From positions 150,576 through 214,575 of the forward strand of contig OZ253467.1 in NCBI GenBank assembly GCA_965261665.1: 64,000 bases of DNA. The letters run 5' to 3'. The stretch's first letter is position 1. Every line of letters starts with the position of its first letter. Under the pieces are notes generated by a model. It ran no database searches. It was not told where the DNA came from and worked only from the letters and a program-made list of their open reading frames with translations. Below, in pieces: positions 46,929 to 55,137 of this stretch. The position numbers were made by a program, and so were the translations under genes. The DNA comes from Dehalococcoidia bacterium. Lineage in GTDB: Bacteria; Chloroflexota; Dehalococcoidia; Lucifugimonadales; GCA-2712585.

Positions 46929-48134
46929 ATGCAGAACAACAACGCAAAAATAAACGTCAAAGAGCTTTGGCACGTTTTTGGGAATAATCCCCACCGCATT
47001 CTTCAACCGGAGTGGCAAGGCAAGAGCCGAACCGAAATCCAGGAAGCCACCGGTTGCGTCGTCGCTCTTAGGAACGTTAACCTCCAGGTTCAAGAAGGCC
47101 AAGTCTTCGTGGTAATGGGGCTCTCCGGCAGCGGCAAGTCCACCCTGGTACGATGTCTCACCCGCCTCATCCAGCCCACCAGCGGGCAGGTCTACTTCGA
47201 CGGTGAGAACGTCCTGGACTACTCCCAAGAGCAGCTAATCAACTTCCGCCGTGAGAAAATAGCACTGGTATTCCAACACTACGGACTCCTGCCCCACCGC
47301 CGTGTCATGGACAACGTGGCCTACGGGCTAGAGGTGCGGGGCATGGAGAAGGAAGAACGTTACGAGCTTGCCTCCAAGGCCATCGAAGCCGTGGGGCTAA
47401 AGGGTTGGGAGAACTACTTCCCAAGGGAAATGAGCGGCGGCATGCAGCAACGGGTCGGCCTCGCCCGGGCCTTGGCTGTCGACCCGGAAATTATGCTCAT
47501 GGACGAACCCTTCAGCGGCCTCGACCCCCTCATTCGCCGCGAAATGCAGGACGAACTAATCGCCCTGGAATCCCAACTTAACAAGACCATCGTCTTCATT
47601 ACCCACGACCTGAACGAAGCCCTCAAAGTCGGAGACCGCATCGCCATCATGCGGGACGGAGAGATAGTCCAGAACGGCACACCGGAAGAGATCGTCACCC
47701 TGCCCGCCGACGACTACGTGGCCGAGTTCGTTCAGGACGTCTCAAGGGCCAAGGTCATCCAGGTCAACGCCATCATGCAGCAGCCCGACGCCGTGGTCTA
47801 CCAGTGGCAAGGCCCCCGCACCGCCCTCCACGTCATGCGCACCAACGATATGGACCACGTCTTCCTTCTGAACAGAGAACGAGGCGTCAAGGGAATTCTC
47901 ACCGAAGACCGGGCCGCCGCCCTTGCCCGCCAGAAAGTGGAGCGGCTAGAAGACGTAGAGATGGACGAGGTAATGACGACAGGCCCCGACGACTATATCG
48001 AAGACGTCATCCCCATCGCCGCCCAAACCCACTACCCCATCGCCGTCGTCGGCCCGGAAGGGCAACTGTTAGGCGAGGTTCACCGGGGTGCGTTGCTGGC
48101 AGGCATGGCCGCCACGACGGAAGAGGAGAGCTAA
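46929..48134 (+). CDS. proV: Glycine betaine/proline ABC transporter ATP-binding protein (ProV/OpuAA) with CBS domains
   Basis: MGLSGSGKST, MSGGMQQRVGLARAL, MDEPFS.LDPLIR.EMQDEL, FITHD. Confidence 0.9.
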   Translation: MQNNNAKINVKELWHVFGNNPHRILQPEWQGKSRTEIQEATGCVVALRNVNLQVQEGQVFVVMGLSGSGKSTLVRCLTRLIQPTSGQVYFDGENVLDYSQEQLINFRREKIALVFQHYGLLPHRRVMDNVAYGLEVRGMEKEERYELASKAIEAVGLKGWENYFPREMSGGMQQRVGLARALAVDPEIMLMDEPFSGLDPLIRREMQDELIALESQLNKTIVFITHDLNEALKVGDRIAIMRDGEIVQNGTPEEIVTLPADDYVAEFVQDVSRAKVIQVNAIMQQPDAVVYQWQGPRTALHVMRTNDMDHVFLLNRERGVKGILTEDRAAALARQKVERLEDVEMDEVMTTGPDDYIEDVIPIAAQTHYPIAVVGPEGQLLGEVHRGALLAGMAATTEEES

Positions 48135-48135
48135 C

Positions 48136-49194
48136 GTGGCTGGATTGGGAACCACACAACCCGGAAGAACACCCGCTTCACTGGGAGTCGTGACCGACTT
48201 CCTTATTCGCTACAGGCGTTGGTTCATCGGCATGACGGCAGTCCTCGCCCTCCTGGTTGTGAGCCTCATTACGTGGGGACCTAACATGGAATTCCCAACC
48301 ACAGTCTCCACCGTCGAAAGCACCGGTGACTCTTCCATAGAACTGAAGAAGACGGTTCGCCAGGTGACGGGCACAGCAATTGACGATGCCGTGGATTGGA
48401 TTACCGTAGAAGCCAGTTGGCTGTTCGACAGTCTCAGCACCGCCGTCGACTATGCGCTGCTTTATATAGAAAAGGCACTGAAATGGATCCCCTGGCCTGT
48501 AGTGATTCTGGGCCTTGGCCTCCTTTCCTTTATCGTAGGACGATGGGCCTTCCTCGCATTCACTTCCGTTGCCCTTCTCTATATGGGATTCATGGGCCTA
48601 TGGGAAAACACCATCGACACCATTGCCCTGATGGTGGTGGCCGTAATCATCTCCATCTCCATAGGCCTTCCCCTAGGCGTCATCGGAGCCCGCAGCCGCC
48701 TGGCCGACTCTATCATGCGACCCGTCCTGGACGGCATGCAGACCATGCCCAGCTTTGTCTATCTTCTCCCGGGAATCTTATTCTTTGGGCTGGGCAAACC
48801 CGCCGGAATCTTCGCAACCATAATCTACGCGACCCCGCCGGTTATCCGACTGACCAACCTCGGCATTCGGCAAGTCTCAAGTGAAACCGTGGAGGCTGCG
48901 CGCTCCTTCGGGACAACCCCCCTACAGATGCTGACCAAGGTTCAGATACCCATGGCCTTGCCAACCATAATGGCCGGCATCAACCAGACGACCATGATGG
49001 CCTTAGCCATGGTAACTATCGCCAGCATGGTTGCGGCAGGCGGCCTGGGAGACAATGTGCTGCGAGCCTTGCAGAAAAACCAGTCAGGCAATGGCTTAAT
49101 TGCCGGTCTCGCAATCGTCTTCCTCGCCATCATCATAGACCGACTTACCCAATCCCTCGCCCAGAGACAACAAAGATTCATGAGCGTTGGATAG
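48136..49194 (+). CDS. proW: Glycine betaine/proline ABC transporter permease (ProW/OpuAB)
   Basis: PVLDGMQTMPSFVYL, RLTNLGIRQV, EAARSFG, IMAGINQT. GTG start at 48136. Confidence 0.9.
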   Translation: MAGLGTTQPGRTPASLGVVTDFLIRYRRWFIGMTAVLALLVVSLITWGPNMEFPTTVSTVESTGDSSIELKKTVRQVTGTAIDDAVDWITVEASWLFDSLSTAVDYALLYIEKALKWIPWPVVILGLGLLSFIVGRWAFLAFTSVALLYMGFMGLWENTIDTIALMVVAVIISISIGLPLGVIGARSRLADSIMRPVLDGMQTMPSFVYLLPGILFFGLGKPAGIFATIIYATPPVIRLTNLGIRQVSSETVEAARSFGTTPLQMLTKVQIPMALPTIMAGINQTTMMALAMVTIASMVAAGGLGDNVLRALQKNQSGNGLIAGLAIVFLAIIIDRLTQSLAQRQQRFMSVG

Positions 49195-49269
49195 CTGGTA
49201 TATAGCCGGGAGCTTTTTTACAGGCGCATTAGAGCGTTTGAGGAACCCCCAATTACGAAAGGAGTAAAC

Positions 49270-50832
49270 ATGTTAGGTACAAGATTCTCTAGGTATCTCA
49301 TTCTAGTAGGCGTAATGGTGACCATGTTCGCCATCGTCGTTGGTGCCTGTGGCAGTGACGACGAAACGCCAGCCCCGTCCGGCGCTAGCGCCGAGGAAAT
49401 CAGGCAGATAGTTTCCGAAGAAGTTGCCAGGTCACAGCAACCGGCCGCGCCGCAGGTCTCCATGGAAGAGATCGGCGCTATGGTGGAATCCGCTATGGTC
49501 GGCATAGCCGCCTCTGTTGAGGGCATGTCCCCCGAGGAGATCAAAGCTATGGTGGAGGGAGCCGTGGCTTCCGCAGCCGCCCAAGGCGCATCCCCCGCGG
49601 AGATCCAAGCCATGGTGGAAGGAGCCGTGAATGCGGCTACCGCCAACGCCGTTACTGGGGAAGATGTTCAATCGGCCATCACCCAGGCGGTCATGGACGC
49701 CCAGGCCGGCATGATCACCAGCGCAGACATGGATAAGGCCGTTTCCTCTGCCGTCATGCAGGCCGCTGAGGGCACCCTTTCAGCTGGCGACATAAAGTCG
49801 ATTCTGGACGAAGGCGCCCAGGACGCCCTCACGGAAGAGCAGGTGGCTGCCATAGTAGCCCAGGCCCTGGAAGAGCGGGACGCAATGATGATGACCGCTA
49901 AGGAAACCATCATCTTCTCCGACCTGAACTGGACCAGCGCCCAGGTGCAAAACCGCATTGCTCAATACATTGTGGAGTTTGGCTACGGCTATCCTACGGG
50001 CACTAAGTTTGGCTCCACACTCCCGCTGTTCAACGGCCTTCGCGCCGGTGACACTCACGTAACCATGGAGATCTGGCTGCCCAACCAGGACGAGGCATGG
50101 GCCGAAGCTCAGGCGATGGGACAGGTGGTTGCCATAGGCGAAAGCCTCGGCAAAGACTGGCAGTCTGCTTTCGTCATACCCGCCTACCTGCAGGAACAAT
50201 ACCCCGATCTGGACAGCGTTGAAGACCTGAAGGAAGACCAGTACAAGATGCTCTTCGCCACGGTGGAAACGGGTGGCAAGGCCCGTTTGCTTTCCTGTGT
50301 CATCGGCTGGGCCTGCGAAGCAGTAAACGCCTCTCAGATAACAGGTTACGGCCTGGACGATCACGTGCACATCGTCAGCCCCGGGGACGGAGCTGCAGCC
50401 AACGCTGAACTCTACGGCAAGTACGCAAAGAATGAACCCTGGCTCGGATACCAGTGGGGCACCAACGATCCTCCCCTGCTGCTAGACCTGGTTCGCCTTG
50501 AGGAGCCCGCCTACAGCGATGAGTGCTGGTTTACCACCAAAGCCTGTGGCTATGAGGACGCCACTATCCTCATAGCTGTGGTCCCGGACGTGCTGTCCCG
50601 GGCCCCGGAGGTTGTGTCCATGTTCCGAAGTTGGAGTTTCGACATCGACCGATACAAGATCGTGGCAGCATGGCAGAATGATAACCCGGAGGCCACCGTC
50701 AATGACTCTGCCTTCTGGTGGCTCAAGGGCAACACCGACGTATGGAAGACCTGGGTCACCACCGATGCCTCCTTGGCCATCGAAAGAGCCTTGAATGCAG
50801 ACCAGATTCCCGACGGCTGGCCTGAACAATAG
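49270..50832 (+). CDS. Glycine betaine ABC transporter substrate-binding lipoprotein with a long N-terminal repeat stalk
   Basis: Lipobox VVGA-C27. ProX-like domain from ~aa 210 (DLNWTS, VEFGYGY, MEIW, C.IGW.C). Confidence 0.88.
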   Translation: MLGTRFSRYLILVGVMVTMFAIVVGACGSDDETPAPSGASAEEIRQIVSEEVARSQQPAAPQVSMEEIGAMVESAMVGIAASVEGMSPEEIKAMVEGAVASAAAQGASPAEIQAMVEGAVNAATANAVTGEDVQSAITQAVMDAQAGMITSADMDKAVSSAVMQAAEGTLSAGDIKSILDEGAQDALTEEQVAAIVAQALEERDAMMMTAKETIIFSDLNWTSAQVQNRIAQYIVEFGYGYPTGTKFGSTLPLFNGLRAGDTHVTMEIWLPNQDEAWAEAQAMGQVVAIGESLGKDWQSAFVIPAYLQEQYPDLDSVEDLKEDQYKMLFATVETGGKARLLSCVIGWACEAVNASQITGYGLDDHVHIVSPGDGAAANAELYGKYAKNEPWLGYQWGTNDPPLLLDLVRLEEPAYSDECWFTTKACGYEDATILIAVVPDVLSRAPEVVSMFRSWSFDIDRYKIVAAWQNDNPEATVNDSAFWWLKGNTDVWKTWVTTDASLAIERALNADQIPDGWPEQ

Positions 50833-50867
50833 GCTAAGGCAAACCACAACCTAATACGCACGGAACC

Positions 50868-50905
50868 AAGAAGGGCGCCCCCAATGTTGGGGGCGCCCTT
50901 CTTTC
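50868..50905. terminator. Probably bidirectional terminator hairpin
   Basis: aagaagggcgccccca-atgt-tgggggcgcccttctt between convergent operons. Confidence 0.8.
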
Positions 50906-50936
50906 ATCACTTCACTCCCACCCTCCGCAACAATCC

Positions 50937-51018
50937 GTAGGGGCTGGTTTCAAACCAGTCCTCTCACCCAACCCAAGACGTCCTTACCTCTCTCGTAGGG
51001 GCGGTTCGCGAACCGCCC
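50937..51018 (+). repeat. Two GTAG-type REP-like palindromes (family A)
   Basis: gtaggggctggtttcaaaccagtcc and gtaggggcggttcgcgaaccgccc; the latter is identical to 3611-3634. Confidence 0.85.
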
Positions 51019-51037
51019 TTCTCCAATCATGTACCCC

Positions 51038-52219
51038 TTACGAAGAATGCCGCAGCACCAGTAGGTCGTCCGTCAGCCCAAGCTCCGAACGCCCCACAAT
51101 CTCCAAACTCCGGTCGGCGTTGGGAGGCATCAGCGTACAAGTCCGCACGTCCCGATAGATACGCTCCAGGGGATATCGCCGGTGGGCCACCCGTCCGCCA
51201 GCCAGCTGCAGCGTCTTCGACGTCACCATCAGCGCCGCCTGCGTGGCCACGTACTTGGCCCTTGCCGCCAGAATAGCCCGCCGGATCGGGTCTGCATCCT
51301 CCTCCCATCGGATGGCGCTGCTATATAACACCCACCGAGCGCCCTCCAGAGCCAACGTCATCTCCGCCACGCCCCGCTGGATTACGAGGCTGTTGGATAG
51401 CATCTCCGGGTCCGGCGTATAACGGCTCGTCTTGCTGTGTTCAATGAAGAAGTCCAACGACCGCGTAGCAGCTCCCAGGTACACGGCGGCGTAGCCCAAG
51501 CCGAAGCCCTGGCCAACGCCCACCCTCTCCGACTGTCCCGGTCGGCCCATCACCGCCCTGGCCGGAACCCAACAGCCGTCAAAGGATACGCTGGGACTCA
51601 CCGTGCCACGCATTCCCAAAGTATTCCACTCCCCCGTAATCTTCAGCCCCTTGGCGTCGTGGGGGACCATGGCCATTGTCACGCCGTAGGAACCGTCTAG
51701 CCCCTCCATACTGCAATGCACCATATATCTATAGGCCCCGCCGGCCATTGTGCAAAAGTGCTTCTGCCCATTGATGACGAAGCCCGCGCCATCGGGCGAG
51801 ATGACCGTCTGCACTACGCCGGACCCCCCTCGACGGCCTGGCTCGCTTCCCCAGCTGCCGAACATCCTACCCTCCTCCACCACTTCCGGATAGAGCCACG
51901 CCTTGACCTCCGGGGAAGCAAGGGCGTTTATGTAAAGCTGGACCACCGAATGCATGTGCACCGTCATGGCCGTGTTAGTGCAGCCCTGGGACAACGCCTC
52001 CACAACCATAACGTAGGTGAGCATGTCCAGGCCCAACCCCCCGTATGCGCGGGGTACCGCCATGGCCAGCAGGCCGTTTTCCCAGAGGGCCCGCCAACTC
52101 TCCACTGGATGCGTGGCATTCTCATCGTAGTGGGCGGCCCTCGGCTCCAGATGTTCCAAAGCCACCCGCTTCGCCGTGGCTACCACCAAACGCTGTTCTT
52201 CAGAAAGGGCAAATTGCAT
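51038..52219 (-). CDS. Acyl-CoA dehydrogenase-fold flavoprotein
   Basis: VP..YGGLG, INGQKHFCT, W..LGMRGT.S, LERIYRDVR. GGAGG SD before ATG at 52219. Confidence 0.88.
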   Translation of the reverse strand: MQFALSEEQRLVVATAKRVALEHLEPRAAHYDENATHPVESWRALWENGLLAMAVPRAYGGLGLDMLTYVMVVEALSQGCTNTAMTVHMHSVVQLYINALASPEVKAWLYPEVVEEGRMFGSWGSEPGRRGGSGVVQTVISPDGAGFVINGQKHFCTMAGGAYRYMVHCSMEGLDGSYGVTMAMVPHDAKGLKITGEWNTLGMRGTVSPSVSFDGCWVPARAVMGRPGQSERVGVGQGFGLGYAAVYLGAATRSLDFFIEHSKTSRYTPDPEMLSNSLVIQRGVAEMTLALEGARWVLYSSAIRWEEDADPIRRAILAARAKYVATQAALMVTSKTLQLAGGRVAHRRYPLERIYRDVRTCTLMPPNADRSLEIVGRSELGLTDDLLVLRHSS

Positions 52220-52354
52220 CTTCTCAACCTCCACGGCAAAGTATAGGGCCTGAGCGACGGCTCCTCCAGCCCTGACACGCGGCGGTGGCTACAATGGGCC
52301 TGCGGTGGTAGAATCGCCAAAGACGTTGACCATCCTACCTCCAGGAGGACGCCG

Positions 52355-53401
52355 GTGCAGCTTGGCCTGTTTTTTGAGTTCTACCTACGCCCCGACGCCA
52401 GCCACGCCGAGGCCTTTGAGGAGGCCTTCAGCCAGATTGAGATGGCCGACCGGTTGGGCCTCGACAGCATCTGGCTGGCGGAACACCACTTTTCGCCGGA
52501 CCGTTCCGTTCTCTCGTCGCCTCTCATGATAGCCAACGCCGTGGCCAACCGCACTCAGCATGTGCGCGTGGGGACGGCCGTGGAAGTCCTGCCCCTGGGC
52601 AACCCCATACGGCTTGCGGAGGAAGTCGCCACCCTCGACCACATCTCAGGCGGCCGGTTCGAGTTCGGCATTGGTCGAAGCGGCTCCCCCACCGGCTACG
52701 TCGGCTACAACATCCCCTACGCCGAAAGCCGCGCCCGCTTCTACGAAACCCTGGAAATCATCCGGAAAGCGTGGACCCAGGAGAGCTTCTCCCACGAGGG
52801 CGAGTTCTTCCAATACGACAACGTTTGCGTGGTGCCCAAGCCATTGCAGAAGCCCCACCCACCCATTCGGAATGCCGCCACCTCCGCCGTCACCTACTCC
52901 ATTTCCGCCAAGATGGGCATGCCTATCTTCATAGGCGTCAGGGGCAGATCGGACCTGGTTAAGGGGCGGGTGGAAACCTACCGCCGGGAGTGGCGGGAAT
53001 CGGGTCATCCGGGCAAGCCGGACGTATCTCTTCGCATACCCGTCTACGTGGCGGAGACCATGGAGAAGGCCCGGTCAGAACCCAAGGAAAGCACCCTGAA
53101 TTTCTTCAAGAGCGTGGTTTCCACCCTAAACGAGCCGGTGCCCGGCCTCTCCGACGAGGAGAACAGGGAGCGGGTAGACCGCGGCGAGCGGATGAAACGC
53201 ATCACCTTCGAGGAGATCCTGGAAACGGACACAGTTTACGGCACCCCTGAATTCGTGACAGACCGGCTTCTGGAGCTTCAGGAGGAGTTCCAGCTTAGCT
53301 CCGTTATCGCCGAGGCGACTTTCGGCGGGTTAATCCCCCGCGACCGGATCGAAAACTCCATCACTCTGTTGGCAGATAAGGTAGCCCCGAAGCTGCGCTA
53401 G
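52355..53401 (+). CDS. LLM-class (luciferase-like) flavin-dependent oxidoreductase
   Basis: WLAEHHF, LAEEVATLD..SGGRFEFGIGR, PKPLQKPHPP, YGTPE.V. Confidence 0.93.
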   Translation: MQLGLFFEFYLRPDASHAEAFEEAFSQIEMADRLGLDSIWLAEHHFSPDRSVLSSPLMIANAVANRTQHVRVGTAVEVLPLGNPIRLAEEVATLDHISGGRFEFGIGRSGSPTGYVGYNIPYAESRARFYETLEIIRKAWTQESFSHEGEFFQYDNVCVVPKPLQKPHPPIRNAATSAVTYSISAKMGMPIFIGVRGRSDLVKGRVETYRREWRESGHPGKPDVSLRIPVYVAETMEKARSEPKESTLNFFKSVVSTLNEPVPGLSDEENRERVDRGERMKRITFEEILETDTVYGTPEFVTDRLLELQEEFQLSSVIAEATFGGLIPRDRIENSITLLADKVAPKLR

Positions 53402-53424
53402 TCCTAATCTCCGAACGCGTGAGA

Positions 53425-53814
53425 CTAGTTCTCTGCGTAGCTCTTCAGCTCGATAGTATTTCCTTCCGGGTCTGACACGTAGATGGAGTTTCCCCAACCG
53501 TGAGCGCCCCACCTTCGGCCCGCCTCACCAGTCACCTCCACACCACGGGCCTGAAGCTCTGACGCCAACCCATCCAGGTCACCCTCAACCACCAGACAGA
53601 AGTGGTCCACGTTATTAGATCCCGGCATACGGGCTTTAGGCACCAAGTCTATCAGAGAATCTGTAGAAATTCGCACCGAAGGAAATGGAACCTCGCCTCG
53701 ACGGAATTCATCAACACGAAGAGGTTCCAAACCCAACGCCTCAGTATAGAAGGACAGAGCCGAATCCAGGTCGTTAACTCGAAGCACTAGGTGGTCGAAG
53801 CCGCCAATCTTCAT
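53425..53814 (-). CDS. VOC (glyoxalase) family protein
   Basis: DHLVLRV.D...AL.FY..ALG, DHFCL, SIYVSDPEGNTIEL. GGAGG SD. Confidence 0.9.
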   Translation of the reverse strand: MKIGGFDHLVLRVNDLDSALSFYTEALGLEPLRVDEFRRGEVPFPSVRISTDSLIDLVPKARMPGSNNVDHFCLVVEGDLDGLASELQARGVEVTGEAGRRWGAHGWGNSIYVSDPEGNTIELKSYAEN

Positions 53815-53877
53815 ATCAAGACCTCCTAAAACACACAAATTATCTCAAACTAGGTTCAAATTTTTCTTGATTTTTAC

Positions 53878-53906
53878 TTGACAAAACCGATGGCTAGAAT
53901 TATGTT
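53878..53906 (+). promoter_or_regulatory. Putative sigma70 promoter
   Basis: TTGACA -17 nt- TATGTT in an AT-rich tract. Confidence 0.6.
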
Positions 53907-54073
53907 TCTTGGTATCAGTAGTTTACCAGCGCAGACCGATTCCGTACAGGGTGCCTGGTCGATCTGCTAACGACACAGCCAACGAATACGTGGGACTCTT
54001 TTCGTTTCGGGCCTATGCCCTAGAGCAACTTTTTTCTACCCACGACGCTGGAATTTCTGCTTAGGAGGTGAGG

Positions 54074-54124
54074 ATGAATTTTGACGATGACTGGGGAAAT
54101 ACGGCGTCAGCTGGAACCCTCTAG
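54074..54124 (+). CDS. Putative 16-aa small ORF or leader peptide (MNFDDDWGNTASAGTL)
   Basis: Near-perfect SD TAGGAGGTGA immediately upstream of the ATG; too short for the ORF track. Confidence 0.4.
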   Translation: MNFDDDWGNTASAGTL

Positions 54125-54181
54125 TTTTTCTGCGGCTTAGTCCAATAAGCCATCTGAATATAGGAGTCGACATTTAATGCC

Positions 54182-55012
54182 ATGATGACAACATCCATAA
54201 AACTGCTTACCGATGGAACCATCAAACGTGATGGCGGTTGTATGTTTGGTCATCTACCCAAGACTGTTTGGGAGAACCGGATTACAATCGATAGAAAGAA
54301 CCGAATGACCCTGAACCTCAACTGCCTGCTCATTCAGCTAGCGGGCAAAAACATAGTTGTAGACACCGGTGTGGGATCCAAGGAGATGGATGGGATGAGA
54401 GGACAGTACGGATTGGGGCCTAGCAAACTCACCAAGAGCCTCAAAAGCATGGGAGTGGCCCCCAATCAGGTAGACATAGTAATACTTACCAATCTTCATT
54501 TTGACCACTGTGGGGGATGCACCAAGCTGGACCGCACCGGAGACTTGATACCCACCTTCCCCAAAGCCACCCACTTCGTCCAACGCTCCTGCTGGGAAGA
54601 GGCCAGTAGTCCCAGCGAGAGGTTTCGCAACGTTTACTTCGAAAACAACTTCAAACCAATCGCAGAGTGGGACCAGCTGGAACTCATGGACGGCGACCAC
54701 GAGATAATGCCAGGTCTCTCCGTCACCATGACCAACGGGCCCGCCCGGGGACATCAGATTGTAACCCTGAACCACGGGGGCGAACGCGTGGCTTTCCTTG
54801 GAGACCTGGTCCCAACGGCCCACCACCTGGACCTGGCCTCAATTCCTTCCTTCGACCAGTATCCAGAGGAGACCCTCGAGATGAAAAGAGAAATGCTGGG
54901 ACGAGCCGAGAAAGAAGGCTGGCTGATAATCTTCTCCCATGGCACGGACCGTAAGGCCGGCTACCTCGAAAACTACAACGGAAAGATCTTCCTGAGACCC
55001 GTAGAGTTGTAG
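54182..55012 (+). CDS. MBL-fold metallo-hydrolase (YtnP-like) with an altered metal site
   Basis: DGG.MFG..PK..W, VDTG, TNLHFDH, GDL, final H. Confidence 0.88.
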   Translation: MMTTSIKLLTDGTIKRDGGCMFGHLPKTVWENRITIDRKNRMTLNLNCLLIQLAGKNIVVDTGVGSKEMDGMRGQYGLGPSKLTKSLKSMGVAPNQVDIVILTNLHFDHCGGCTKLDRTGDLIPTFPKATHFVQRSCWEEASSPSERFRNVYFENNFKPIAEWDQLELMDGDHEIMPGLSVTMTNGPARGHQIVTLNHGGERVAFLGDLVPTAHHLDLASIPSFDQYPEETLEMKREMLGRAEKEGWLIIFSHGTDRKAGYLENYNGKIFLRPVEL

Positions 55013-55042
55013 ACCTCCGCCTAAATCACGGCTAGCCTACAA

Positions 55043-55078
55043 TTGCGGGCTCGGCGTCCTTCGATGCCGAGCCCGCAA
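55043..55078. terminator. Hairpin between convergent genes
   Basis: ttgcgggctcggcgtc-cttc-gatgccgagcccgcaa. Confidence 0.65.
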
Positions 55079-55137
55079 CACGTATGCCCAACGCAAACAA
55101 ATTTCGACGGCTCAGGACAAAGGAGTCTTCACTGCGC

